NCBI GenBank assembly: GCA_036507075.1 | Contig: DASXQR010000060.1 | Coordinates: forward strand, 36,895 to 100,894 | Length of the DNA: 64,000 bases | DNA from: Acidobacteriota bacterium | GTDB lineage: Bacteria; Acidobacteriota; UBA6911; JACQSX01 | Direction of reading: 5' to 3' | Shown: positions 51,998 through 61,392 of the stretch, piece by piece | How the letters are laid out: each line of letters begins with the position of its first letter | Numbering within the stretch: the stretch's first letter is position 1 | The notes under the pieces: generated by a model | Seen by the model: only the letters and a program-made list of their open reading frames with translations | Told to the model about the DNA's origin: nothing | Database searches by the model: none | Translations under genes and position numbers: made by a program

Positions 51998-53172
51998 CCC
52001 ATCCCGTTCTGGAAAATTGGAGCGAGATCTCTCAGCATCCCTCTCCCGTCCTCTTCCAGCCCGATACAGAATCGGATCTGCAACAGTTTCTGCGCGCGAG
52101 CCGCCAGCCATGCCTGCTTGCGGGAAACGGCAGCAAGTGGTGGATGGGAAATTCTCCGCTTCCTGTCGGGGCATGCGTTGACCTGCGCCGCTTCGATCGC
52201 GTTCTCGAATATTCGCCCGGCGACTTGACGGTAACCGTCGAGGCGGGCATCCCCTTTTCAAAACTGGAGGAGACGCTGGCCTCGGAAATGCAGACCCTGC
52301 CTGTCGATCCGCCCGCGGCACGATCCGCTACCATGGGAGGCATGGTGGCTGTTGGTCTGTCCGGCCCGCTGCAGCAATGTTATGGCACGCTGCGTGACAA
52401 GGTGCTGGGCGTGAAAGTGATACATCCGGACGGCACGATCACGCGCGCCGGGGGTAAAGTGGTAAAGAACGTCGCCGGATATGACCTGTGCAAGCTGTAC
52501 TGCGGTTCATTCGGAACACTGGTAGCCATCCTTGAAGTGACGTTTCGCGTCTTCCCCCGCACTGACTCGCTCCGTTGCGTCCGCCTGGAAGTCGAAAATC
52601 TGGACCAAGCATGCGGTGTCTGGCGGGATGTGCGAAAGCTTGCCGTCAATCCAGCCGGGATGATTTACCTGGAAGAGCCATCGCAGCCTCGACAGGTCGT
52701 GATGCGTTTCCAGGGAACGGCTCGCTCGGTCGACGCGCAGCTCTCCGAAGTCCGGGCTGCTTTCTCCCGCAACCTGATAACAACAGAGGATGTGCTGGAG
52801 ACAGCCATAGAGCGGTTTTATTCCGATCCCCTACCGCTCCGGCTGCGGCTGGAGACACTTTCCGGCTCGCTCAGTCAGACCGTGCCTCTGGCACAGCGCG
52901 GGCTGACGCCGCGCATCTCGCTGGTGGATTTCAGCTCGCGCCGGGGCTACTTTTCCGCAGACTCCACGCCGGTTGATAATGTGCAGCGTATCCGAAATAA
53001 TCTCAAGGGGATGAATGCCGCGCTGGTAATCGAGAAGGCGCCGCTTTCAATCAAGTCGCTGATCGATGTTTGGGGCTCGACGCGTGGTGATTTATTCCTG
53101 ACGCAGGCGATCAAGGCTACACTGGATCCGGAGCGCAGGTTCAATCCTGGAAGATATGTCACAGGCACCTGA
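51994..53172 (+). CDS. glcE: Glycolate/D-lactate oxidase FAD subunit
   Basis: YSPGDLTVTVEAG, GGKVVKNVAGYDL.KL..GSFGTL, LDPERRFNPG. Confidence 0.88.
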   Translation: MTHPVLENWSEISQHPSPVLFQPDTESDLQQFLRASRQPCLLAGNGSKWWMGNSPLPVGACVDLRRFDRVLEYSPGDLTVTVEAGIPFSKLEETLASEMQTLPVDPPAARSATMGGMVAVGLSGPLQQCYGTLRDKVLGVKVIHPDGTITRAGGKVVKNVAGYDLCKLYCGSFGTLVAILEVTFRVFPRTDSLRCVRLEVENLDQACGVWRDVRKLAVNPAGMIYLEEPSQPRQVVMRFQGTARSVDAQLSEVRAAFSRNLITTEDVLETAIERFYSDPLPLRLRLETLSGSLSQTVPLAQRGLTPRISLVDFSSRRGYFSADSTPVDNVQRIRNNLKGMNAALVIEKAPLSIKSLIDVWGSTRGDLFLTQAIKATLDPERRFNPGRYVTGT

Positions 53173-54424
53173 AGTTATTCAGAAAGTCGAGAATCTGGAT
53201 TGCATCCACTGCGGGCTTTGCCTTTCCGCGTGCCCCACCTACACGCGCGAGTTCCGCGAGGCGGATTCTCCGCGAGGACGGATTTATCTGATCAATTCCG
53301 TTCGCGAAGGAAAGATCGAGTTCGATCGCACGGTACAGCAGCATCTGGACCTGTGCCTGGGATGCCGCGCTTGCGAGAGCGCCTGTCCTTCCGGAGTTCA
53401 GTTTGAATCTCTGCTTACCGGCGCGCGGGCGCGGATGGAGCAGGCAATGCCGCGCAGCCGCTCCACGCAAATGCTCAGGCGACTTGGATTTCGCCACCTG
53501 CTTCCTTTTCCCGGCCGCCTGCACCTGTTGTTTGGATTGGTGCGCTGGATGAAAAAACTGGGGGTGCATCGGCTCGGTCGCATGTTTCCTCCAGCTTCAA
53601 TCGCGGCGCGCTCGCTGGCCCAGCTTGACAGCCTGCCTGTAATTCCGCCCGGCGTGCGGATTCTGGAGGGCCGCTTTCCCGCCTTGTCACAAAGCCGGCA
53701 GCAGGTCGCATTTTTCCGCGGGTGTGTGATGAACGAAATTTACTTTCCAGCGCAGATTGCCACAGTGAACGTCCTGCGCGCGGCCGGCTGCGACGTCGAG
53801 GTGATTTCTGGACAGACATGCTGCGGCGCCCTGCACGATCATAACGGGGAGCGCCTGTCGGCAAGAGATCTTGCATGGCGAAATATTCAGGCTTTCCGGA
53901 GCTCGGGAGATATTCCCATCATCACAAACTCGGCGGGATGCGGAGCGCTGCTCAAACACTACGAGCACCTGTTCGAGCCGGCCGATTCCCGGCGTGCGGC
54001 TGCAGTTGCCTTCAGCAGTCGCGTGCGGGATTTGTCGGAATTCCTCGCAGGACTGGACCGGGCGCTTGCTTTTCGCCCGCTGCGCGCCCGCGTGACTTAC
54101 GACGATCCGTGTCATTTGATACATGGGCAGAAGATCTCACAGCAGCCGCGTACACTGCTGGGTCAGATTCCGGGTATTGAGTATGTGGAACTGAATCAGG
54201 CTTCGTGGTGCTGCGGAGGGGCTGGAACCTACAGCATGGCACAACCGGCGATGTCTGAACTTGTACTGCAGGACAAGATTTCAAGCATTGTAGCCACAGG
54301 GGCCGGCATTCTGGTGACGGCAAACCCTGGATGCATGCTCCAGATAGGGGCCGGGCTCAGGAGGGCGGGGCATCGTATAGAGGTGCTTCATCTGGCGGAG
54401 ATTCTCGAGCGCGCACTGCTTTAG
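53156..54424 (+). CDS. glcF: Glycolate/D-lactate oxidase Fe-S subunit
   Basis: CIHCGLCLSACPTY, SPRGRI, CLGCRACESACPSGV, two CCG domains. Confidence 0.9.
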   Translation: MSQAPEVIQKVENLDCIHCGLCLSACPTYTREFREADSPRGRIYLINSVREGKIEFDRTVQQHLDLCLGCRACESACPSGVQFESLLTGARARMEQAMPRSRSTQMLRRLGFRHLLPFPGRLHLLFGLVRWMKKLGVHRLGRMFPPASIAARSLAQLDSLPVIPPGVRILEGRFPALSQSRQQVAFFRGCVMNEIYFPAQIATVNVLRAAGCDVEVISGQTCCGALHDHNGERLSARDLAWRNIQAFRSSGDIPIITNSAGCGALLKHYEHLFEPADSRRAAAVAFSSRVRDLSEFLAGLDRALAFRPLRARVTYDDPCHLIHGQKISQQPRTLLGQIPGIEYVELNQASWCCGGAGTYSMAQPAMSELVLQDKISSIVATGAGILVTANPGCMLQIGAGLRRAGHRIEVLHLAEILERALL

Positions 54425-54750
54425 GTTTGCGGGTTTGCGGGTTTGCGGGTTTGCGGGTTTTTGAGTTGGGGGTTGTCGGGTTTCGGGTTTTCGGGTTTTC
54501 GGGTTTCGGGTTTTCGGGTTTCGGGTTTTCGGGTTGCGGGTTTTCCTAGTTGCGCGTTTTCCGGGTTGCGGGTTTTCAGGTTAGGGGTTTTGGAACTGGA
54601 ACTCGTAACCCCGGAAACCCGAAAACCCGAAACGCGCGTCACGCGTAACCCGGAACCCGAAAACCCGTAACACGCGCATCACGCGTAACCCGGAACCCGA
54701 AAACCCGAAACCGCGCGTCACGCGTAACCCGGCAACCGCGCGTCACGCGG
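54425..54750. repeat. Large inverted CGGGTT(T)/AACCCG arrays with CGCGTCACGCG units
   Basis: G-rich run 54425-54590, C-rich run 54600-54750. Confidence 0.9.
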
Positions 54751-54776
54751 TCTTAATTCGTTAATCTGATTACTAA

Positions 54777-55655
54777 ATGCGTTCAAGCGAGCAGACCAAC
54801 CCGGCCTCCCAGGATCTGGACCTGAAGAATACGACCGAAGTCCTGAAGATCATCAATCAAGAGGATTGTAAAGTCGCTCCCATCGTGGGGCAGTCGATCG
54901 ATTCGATCGCAACGCTGGTGGACGCCATCTACCCGCGTTTTGCGGGCGGCGGACGCTTGTTCTACGTCGGAGCCGGGACCAGCGGCCGTCTGGGAGTGCT
55001 GGATGCTTCGGAAATCCCGCCTACCTTCGGCCTTCCGAGCGATCGGGTCGTGGGCGTGATCGCCGGGGGAGTGGACGCGCTTTCCCGGGCGTCTGAAATT
55101 TCCGAGGATGACCCGACGGCAGGAGAGCTCGATTTGAGGTCATTCGATATTTCCGATCGTGACAGCGTGATCGGCATCGCGGCCAGCGGCCGCACCCCCT
55201 ATACGATGGGCGCGGTTCGGTTCGCCCGCTCTGCCGGTGCTTTGACCGGCTGTATCGTGTGCGTGCGAAATTCCGAACTGGAGAAGCTTGCTCACCAGCC
55301 GGTGGTCCTCGATACCGGACCGGAAATACTGGCCGGTTCGACGCGGATGAAGGCCGGCACGGCCCAGAAATTAGCCCTCAACATGATCAGTACCGCGCTG
55401 ATGATCCGCATGGATTTGGTCTACGGCAATCTGATGGTTTACGTCCACTTGACGAATCAAAAATTGATTGAGCGCGGCAAACTCATTATTATGCAAGCCT
55501 GTAATGTAGCGGCCGGCGCTGCCGCGCGGGCAATCGAGCAGTCCGGCCGGAACCTTCCCGTAGCTCTCCTGATGCTGCGCCTGAACATTTCCCCGGAAAA
55601 AGCGCGTCGGATGCTGGCCGAAAAATCACTGCGGGAATGTCTGGACGAAACCTGA
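54777..55655 (+). CDS. murQ: N-acetylmuramic acid 6-phosphate etherase
   Basis: GAGTSGRLGVLDASEIPPTFG, AASGRTPY, GPEILAGSTRMKAGTAQK. Confidence 0.96.
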   Translation: MRSSEQTNPASQDLDLKNTTEVLKIINQEDCKVAPIVGQSIDSIATLVDAIYPRFAGGGRLFYVGAGTSGRLGVLDASEIPPTFGLPSDRVVGVIAGGVDALSRASEISEDDPTAGELDLRSFDISDRDSVIGIAASGRTPYTMGAVRFARSAGALTGCIVCVRNSELEKLAHQPVVLDTGPEILAGSTRMKAGTAQKLALNMISTALMIRMDLVYGNLMVYVHLTNQKLIERGKLIIMQACNVAAGAAARAIEQSGRNLPVALLMLRLNISPEKARRMLAEKSLRECLDET

Positions 55656-56692
55656 TGGAGAGAAAGTTCAAAACCTACTCGGAGATCATTTCACAGGCGG
55701 ATGTGCTGGTTCAAACAGCGCGCGATCTTTCAGAAGATCCCCATTTCGTAGCGGCCCGAGAAATCCTTCGTTCGACCCGCCAGCTTATTTTTACCGGCTG
55801 CGGGTCTTCTTTTCACATCGGCGAAATTGCCAGTTTTGTTTTCAACTCGCTCGGATACAACGCACAGGCTGTTCCCGGGTCAGAATTGCTCCTCTACCCT
55901 TCAATTTTTCTCAAAGCTCCGTGTCCTGCGGTCATCGGGATAACCCGCAGCGGCAATACCACAGAAACCGTGCTCGCCCTGCGCCGCGTGCGCGGCCTGG
56001 GTGTGCGGGACATTATTCCCATAACCTGTTACCAGGACTCCGATATTCTTGCCGAGAGCCCGCATAGTCTGATCTTTCATCGCGGTCAGGAGCAGGGACT
56101 CGTCATGACACGCGCCTTTACGGTGATCCTTTATGGACTGTGCCGCATGGCTCTGGAGGCGATGAACCGTTCTGCGCTGGAGTTGCACACCATTCCTGCC
56201 TGGATCCAGCACAGCATCGACTGCAATGAAGCCGCCATCAGGAAGCTGGCCGAGAACAGGAAGTGGACCAAAGTAATATTCCTCGGATCCGGGGTTTTTC
56301 AGGGACTCGCCCGGGAAGCTTCGCTCAAGCTTAAGGAGATGACGGGAATGCAGGCTGAACCCTACCAGAGTTATGAGTTCCGGCACGGGCCGAAGGCGAT
56401 CGTGGATGGCAACACGCTGGTTTTCCTTTTCAGCAGTGTTGAGGAACTGGATTATGTCAATGCAGTCATCAGGGATCTTTCATCTATGGGAGCTACCGTC
56501 GTGCAGATTGGGAGGAAAAAGATCGAAGACGAATCCGTGGTGAGCTTGCCGGACACGGACCTCTCCATTACCACCTTGTTTCAGCCCCTGGCTCTGGTTC
56601 ATATTCCACAGCTGTTTGCTTTTTTCAAGACTGTAAGCATGGGCGCCAATCCTGATACTCCGCTGCATTTGACAAGAGTGGTTACGATCTAG
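55655..56692 (+). CDS. Double-SIS sugar-phosphate isomerase/deaminase (NagB-II/AgaS-like)
   Basis: GCGSS, TRSGNTTE, EASLKLKE, EFRHGP, NPDTPLHLTRVV; TGATG coupling to murQ. Confidence 0.88.
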   Translation: MERKFKTYSEIISQADVLVQTARDLSEDPHFVAAREILRSTRQLIFTGCGSSFHIGEIASFVFNSLGYNAQAVPGSELLLYPSIFLKAPCPAVIGITRSGNTTETVLALRRVRGLGVRDIIPITCYQDSDILAESPHSLIFHRGQEQGLVMTRAFTVILYGLCRMALEAMNRSALELHTIPAWIQHSIDCNEAAIRKLAENRKWTKVIFLGSGVFQGLAREASLKLKEMTGMQAEPYQSYEFRHGPKAIVDGNTLVFLFSSVEELDYVNAVIRDLSSMGATVVQIGRKKIEDESVVSLPDTDLSITTLFQPLALVHIPQLFAFFKTVSMGANPDTPLHLTRVVTI

Positions 56693-56698
56693 AAAAAC

Positions 56699-56892
56699 AA
56701 TGCGGAATGGGGAATGCGGAATGGGGAATGCGGAATGATAGATAATGAAGAGTGAGGAAAGTCCCTGATGGCCAAGTCCCTGATGGCCAAGATCTCTGCC
56801 GAGCAGGAGAATCACATTCCACATTTCCTAATCCCCTTTCCCACAGTGCGCTTTAGCAATTCCGCATTCCGCATTCCCCATTCCGCATTCCG
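56699..56892. repeat. Inverted AATGCGG/CCGCATT arrays with internal 15-bp tandem duplication
   Basis: GTCCCTGATGGCCAA x2 at ~56761-56790. Confidence 0.8.
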
Positions 56893-56957
56893 TACCAACA
56901 CCTTTGGCATGTGGCTAAACTCCAAAAACCTTCATCATTACATCCTCTTTCTTAGAA

Positions 56958-57614
56958 ATGCTTGATTGGCTGCGCGAATTCTTTTACCGCCTCTATGACC
57001 TGGAAGAACTGATTCGCTGGGGCGGTTATCCGGGACTGGCCATTATCGTGTTCTGCGAAACGGGGATCATGCTCGGCTTCTTTCTCCCTGGCGATTCACT
57101 GCTGGTGACGGCCGGGCTGTTTGCGGCCAAAGGCACGCTCAATATCTTCTGGCTGAACCTCATTTTGATGGCGGCTGCGATATTGGGAGACACGGTGGGG
57201 TACTGGATCGGCGCCAAGGCAGGGCCTAAGATTTATTCGCGGCCCGATTCCCGCCTGTTTCGAAGAAAACATCTGCTCGCCGCCAGGGATTTCTACGAAA
57301 GGCATGGCGGCAAAACGATTGTCTTTGCCCGGTTCATGCCCATCGTCCGCACTTTTGCTCCCGTGGTGGCGGGTGTGGCTGAAATGAAATATCGAAACTT
57401 CGTGTTCTTCAACATTGCGGGCGGCATTGGCTGGGTCTTCAGCATGACAATGCTCGGCTACCTGCTCGGCAAAACCATTCCCAACCTGGATCGGTACATT
57501 TACGCCGTGGTTGCCATCGTCGTGTTTCTTTCGATTTTGCCCGGTCTGATCCATTACTGGCGGGAAAAAATCAACCGCGAAGGCGCGAAGGCGCGAAAGC
57601 AAAAATTGCGCTAG
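56958..57614 (+). CDS. DedA/VTT-family membrane protein
   Basis: ETG...GFFLPGDSLL, ARFMPIVRTFAP. Confidence 0.93.
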   Translation: MLDWLREFFYRLYDLEELIRWGGYPGLAIIVFCETGIMLGFFLPGDSLLVTAGLFAAKGTLNIFWLNLILMAAAILGDTVGYWIGAKAGPKIYSRPDSRLFRRKHLLAARDFYERHGGKTIVFARFMPIVRTFAPVVAGVAEMKYRNFVFFNIAGGIGWVFSMTMLGYLLGKTIPNLDRYIYAVVAIVVFLSILPGLIHYWREKINREGAKARKQKLR

Positions 57615-57616
57615 GG

Positions 57617-58534
57617 TTACAACAACTCACGCGCCAGCAACACGGCTCCCACTTCGGGAGGATACAGAGGGGCCGCCAGACGGGCATTCGGTACCAGCCG
57701 GGCGAGCCGTTCCCGAACCAGGTTTTTCAGTACTCTATTGTCGGTAAACACGCCTCCCATCAGGCAGATGGGGAATTTCTCAGCAGTCATTTTCAGCCTG
57801 CTCACCACGGCCATGACGCCAGCGCATAGCTCATCTGCTGTATATTCGAAAATCTGCAGCGCTGCCGCATCCCCCTCTTCGGCGGCCTGCTGAACGATAG
57901 GATAAAATCCGGCAATATTGCTTGAACTCACGCCGCTGCGGTAAAGCAAAGTAATAATCTCCTCCGTCCTGCGAATGGAGAGCTGCCGCTTCAATTTGTC
58001 ATCGATGCGCGTTTTGGGCCCGCGACCATCAAATGATTTCAGCGCGGCGGCGATTCCGCGCCGCGCAATGTCATAGCCGCTTCCCTCGTCTCCCAGCACA
58101 TGCCCCCATCCGCCCGCGCGAGCGCGACGGCCTTCCGCGTTCTCACCGATGGCAATCGATCCGGTGCCGGAGATCAATACCACTCCCGGCTTTCCGGCTG
58201 TAGCTCCTTTCAGGGCTATGTAGGCGTCATTCTCCAGACGATATTTTCCCGCCGGCGCGATCTCCTGGAGAATTCTCAGGATCACCTCCTTGTCCTCGCG
58301 GCGATCCATCCCCGCCAACCCCGCGCATACGACCGATATTTGCTGCCGCTTGAGGCCCGCCTCGGCTCTGGCGCCTTCGATGGCTTCCTGCAGCGATAGT
58401 CGCACTACCATCAAGCCTTCGCGCAGGTAATTTCCCGGTCCGCCCCGGCCGATACCGAGAGGCCTTCCCCTGCCGTCGGCGATCAGGCAAGTCGTCTTTG
58501 TCCCGCCGCCGTCAATTCCAATTACGTAGGCCAT
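57617..58534 (-). CDS. BadF/BadG-type N-acetylhexosamine/MurNAc kinase (MurK-like)
   Basis: GIDGGGTKT, ND, ISGTGS, GGWGHVLGDEGSG. Confidence 0.9.
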   Translation of the reverse strand: MAYVIGIDGGGTKTTCLIADGRGRPLGIGRGGPGNYLREGLMVVRLSLQEAIEGARAEAGLKRQQISVVCAGLAGMDRREDKEVILRILQEIAPAGKYRLENDAYIALKGATAGKPGVVLISGTGSIAIGENAEGRRARAGGWGHVLGDEGSGYDIARRGIAAALKSFDGRGPKTRIDDKLKRQLSIRRTEEIITLLYRSGVSSSNIAGFYPIVQQAAEEGDAAALQIFEYTADELCAGVMAVVSRLKMTAEKFPICLMGGVFTDNRVLKNLVRERLARLVPNARLAAPLYPPEVGAVLLARELL

Positions 58535-58552
58535 GATCGATTATTGTAGCGA

Positions 58553-58770
58553 GTGGAAGGGATGGAGAGATGGATGGAGGGAGGGGTGAAAGGATGGAGA
58601 GAAGGAGGGATGCTCAAGGAGCCTCCCACATTCTCTATCCCCTTATCTCTCCATCTCTCCATCCATCCCTCCCTCCGTCCCGCCCTCCCTCCATCCATCT
58701 CTCCATCCCTCCGCCCTCCGTCCCTCCATCCCTCCGTCCCTCCCTCCCTCTATCACCCACTCTCCCGCTC
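58553..58770. repeat. Inverted purine/pyrimidine arrays (GGAGGGAT / ATCCCTCC)
   Basis: Direct reading. Confidence 0.8.
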
Positions 58771-59985
58771 TCACTTATAAAACTTGCCTATATCCATTCG
58801 AACCGCCGACGCCGCTACCGAGCCCACGCGGGAGCGCAGTGAAGTGACATTTCCCTTCCCGTCCGGATACAGGCGACTGGTCAGAATCAGTACAAACACT
58901 CCGGAGTGAGGGTCCATCCAGAGAGAAGTTCCCGTAAAACCGGTATGGCCGAAGCTCCCCACCGGGAAAAAATCGCCGCGCGGGGCCGAGTAACTGGTAT
59001 TGATGTCCCATCCGTACCCGCGGGCGTGCACAGTGCCTTCGGGGTTTTGAGCTGTGGTCATAGCCAGCACGGCGTAGGAAGACAGGATCCGCGCGCCGCG
59101 GTAAACACCGCCGTTTAGAATCATCTGCGAGTAAATGCTCATATCACGCGCCGTTGAGAACAAACCGGCATGACCGGCTACTCCGCCCATGCGGTATGCG
59201 GTAGGATCGTGGACTTCGCCGCGGAGCGGTTCCCCCTGATTCTTTAACGAAGGATCAAAGTAACTGAGAGCTCCGGAACGCGTTTCCGTGGGGGCGATTC
59301 GGGAGCGTTTCGACTCAGGCGGCAGAAATCCGGTATCGGTCATTCCCAGTGGGACGAAGATGTTTTCGCGGGAGAACAGATCGAGCGTCTGGCCGCTGAC
59401 GATGCGCACGATTTCCGTCAGCACAACGTAATTGATATCTGAGTAAATAAAGCGCGTTCCGGGCTCGACCTGAAGCTTTTCCTTGAATGCCAGCTGCAGG
59501 GCCGTGTCGTATCCGCTCCAGGTCTCCTTCAGGTCCAGATCGGGCCGCAAGCCGGAATAGTGTGTCAGCAGATGCTTCAGGGTGACATTGTCCTTCTCCT
59601 TGAATTCAGGAAGGTATTTCACCACTTTGTCATTCAGCGAAAGCTGGCCGCGCTCGGCAAGAATCAAAATGGAGGTTGCCGTAGCTGTGGCTTTAGTCAG
59701 GGAAGCCATGTCAAAGATCGTATCCAGTGTCATTGCTTCAGGCGCGGGGCCGAGCGTGCGAAATCCGAACGCCTTCTGGTACAGAATTTGATCTCTGGAT
59801 CCAATCACCACGACCGCCCCCGGCACTTGTTTGTCGCGAATCTCCTGGGCGACCACTTTGTCGATTCGCTTCAACGCGCGCAGGTTAAACTGAGACCGGC
59901 CCTTAGCCGGCTGCGCCGCCACGCTGAGCGATAGAGTGCAAAGCAGGAATGCGGAATGCAGAATGCGGAGTGAAGGAGGCCTCAT
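58771..59985 (-). CDS. Exported serine hydrolase, beta-lactamase/PBP fold (AmiE-like)
   Basis: ASLTK, LLTHYSGL, YSD, GEVHDP, GHAGLFS, GHTGFTG; signal peptide. Confidence 0.9.
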   Translation of the reverse strand: MRPPSLRILHSAFLLCTLSLSVAAQPAKGRSQFNLRALKRIDKVVAQEIRDKQVPGAVVVIGSRDQILYQKAFGFRTLGPAPEAMTLDTIFDMASLTKATATATSILILAERGQLSLNDKVVKYLPEFKEKDNVTLKHLLTHYSGLRPDLDLKETWSGYDTALQLAFKEKLQVEPGTRFIYSDINYVVLTEIVRIVSGQTLDLFSRENIFVPLGMTDTGFLPPESKRSRIAPTETRSGALSYFDPSLKNQGEPLRGEVHDPTAYRMGGVAGHAGLFSTARDMSIYSQMILNGGVYRGARILSSYAVLAMTTAQNPEGTVHARGYGWDINTSYSAPRGDFFPVGSFGHTGFTGTSLWMDPHSGVFVLILTSRLYPDGKGNVTSLRSRVGSVAASAVRMDIGKFYK

Positions 59986-60018
59986 CTTCTCGGATCTGAG
60001 ATTTTGCACCGCTAAGAT

Positions 60019-60081
60019 TTCACCACAAAGGCACAAAGGGCACGGAGAAATTCTTTGTGTCCTTTGTGTCTTTGTGGTGAA
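60019..60081. repeat. 9-mer-family inverted repeat
   Basis: TTCACCACAAAGGCACAAAG...CTTTGTGTCTTTGTGGTGAA. Confidence 0.8.
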
Positions 60082-60100
60082 TTGATCTTGAATTGCCTGT

Positions 60101-61165
60101 ATGTCCGACGTCTTGACTTACTGCCTCGACTGCATCCAACGCCGCCTGTTCCCCGGTTGCGCCCTTGCGTTTGGCCGCAGCTATGGGGAACCGCGGATGG
60201 TTTTTGCCGGCGCGCTCGGTTACCGTCGGTCGTCGCCCGCCGTTGACGACCATACCTGGTATGACCTGGCGTCGCTTACCAAATCGCTGGCAACCGCGAC
60301 GGCAGCCCTCCGCATGACCTACCGGCAAAAGCTCGATCCGGACCGGTTGCTTTCCGATTTTTTCCCAGGAATCCGAGTCAGCCGGGCGCGCGTGCGACAC
60401 CTGCTCAGTCATAGTTCCGGGCTGTCGGCTTACGTTCCCTTCTTTAAAAGTTGCGCCACGGGCGAAGACGTCATCAGACGCATCATCTCGATCGAGGCCG
60501 AATATCCAACCGGCACAAAGTCGGTCTACAGTGATCTTGGTTTCATGCTTCTCGGTCGAGTGCTGGAGATGGTCGCCGGCCTGCCATTCCGGGACTTGAT
60601 TCAAAGCGAAGTGCTCGAGCCACTGGGCGACGCATCTATTCAATTCGGCCCGCTTCCGAAGACCGGGGCTTTGAAGATCGCGCCCACAGAGCTGGATTTT
60701 GGCCTGCATGATTTTGCGACCGGAACCGTTCACGATGAAAACGCCCGTCTTTTCGGTGGCTCCGCCGGTCATGCCGGACTATTTGCCACTCTGCCAACAG
60801 TCGCGCAATTTGCCGAAAGGCTGCTGCGTATCGCCAGGGGACAAGCAGATCCATTTCTGCCCGGTGATTTGTTTAAGACCTGGACTCGAAGGCAACCCTG
60901 GCTTCCAAATTCCAGTTGGGGACTGGGGTGGGACACGCCCACACCGGAGAGTTCAGCGGGTCCCGCTCTGAGCCAAAACAGCTTCGGTCACACAGGCTTT
61001 ACCGGAACCTCCCTCTGGATAGATCCCGATCGGGACATTTACATATGCATTTTGAGCAATCGGGTCCATCCCTCGCGCCGCACCGAAGGCATCAAGGATG
61101 CTCGGCGGCGGATTCACGAACTGGCGGTTGGGGAGCTCCGCCAGCCGCCGATTTACACGAATTAA
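60101..61165 (+). CDS. Cytoplasmic serine hydrolase, beta-lactamase/PBP fold (AmiE-like)
   Basis: DLASLTK, YSDLG, VHDENA, GHAGLF, GHTGFTG, SNRVHP; no signal peptide. Confidence 0.9.
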   Translation: MSDVLTYCLDCIQRRLFPGCALAFGRSYGEPRMVFAGALGYRRSSPAVDDHTWYDLASLTKSLATATAALRMTYRQKLDPDRLLSDFFPGIRVSRARVRHLLSHSSGLSAYVPFFKSCATGEDVIRRIISIEAEYPTGTKSVYSDLGFMLLGRVLEMVAGLPFRDLIQSEVLEPLGDASIQFGPLPKTGALKIAPTELDFGLHDFATGTVHDENARLFGGSAGHAGLFATLPTVAQFAERLLRIARGQADPFLPGDLFKTWTRRQPWLPNSSWGLGWDTPTPESSAGPALSQNSFGHTGFTGTSLWIDPDRDIYICILSNRVHPSRRTEGIKDARRRIHELAVGELRQPPIYTN

Positions 61166-61301
61166 CACGGGCCGCTGATTACGCGAACTACGCCGATTGC
61201 TTTCCGTTTTGGTTCGCGTAAATCCGCGGCCAACTCTATCGTCTTAATTCGTGTAAATCGGCGGCCCCTTCTATCCGTCTTGATCCGCGTAAATCGGCGG
61301 C
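61144..61301. repeat. GCCGATTTACACG/CGTAAATCGGC 9-mer-type inverted arrays overlapping a gene end
   Basis: GCCGCCGATTTACACGAATTAA...TTAATTCGTGTAAATCGGCGGC. Confidence 0.75.
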
Positions 61302-61353
61302 TTGTTCCCGCTTGACTCCAACTACCCAACATGCAATCATCTACCCGAAAGTC

Positions 61354-61380
61354 TATAATTCCGATAAAATTTGTCGGGTT
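61354..61380 (+). promoter_or_regulatory. TATAAT box overlapped by an Rrf2-type (IscR/CymR-like) palindrome
   Basis: ATTCCGATAAA-A-TTTGTCGGGTT, 8/11 dyad match. Confidence 0.5.
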
Positions 61381-61392
61381 AATCAGAGTCTA

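Noticed and set aside
58771..61165. Beta-lactam resistance genes
   Set aside because: SxxK/YSD/VHD/GHAG/GHTG pattern and the murQ-kinase context fit AmiE-like amidases/esterases better than AmpC (YxN, KTG).
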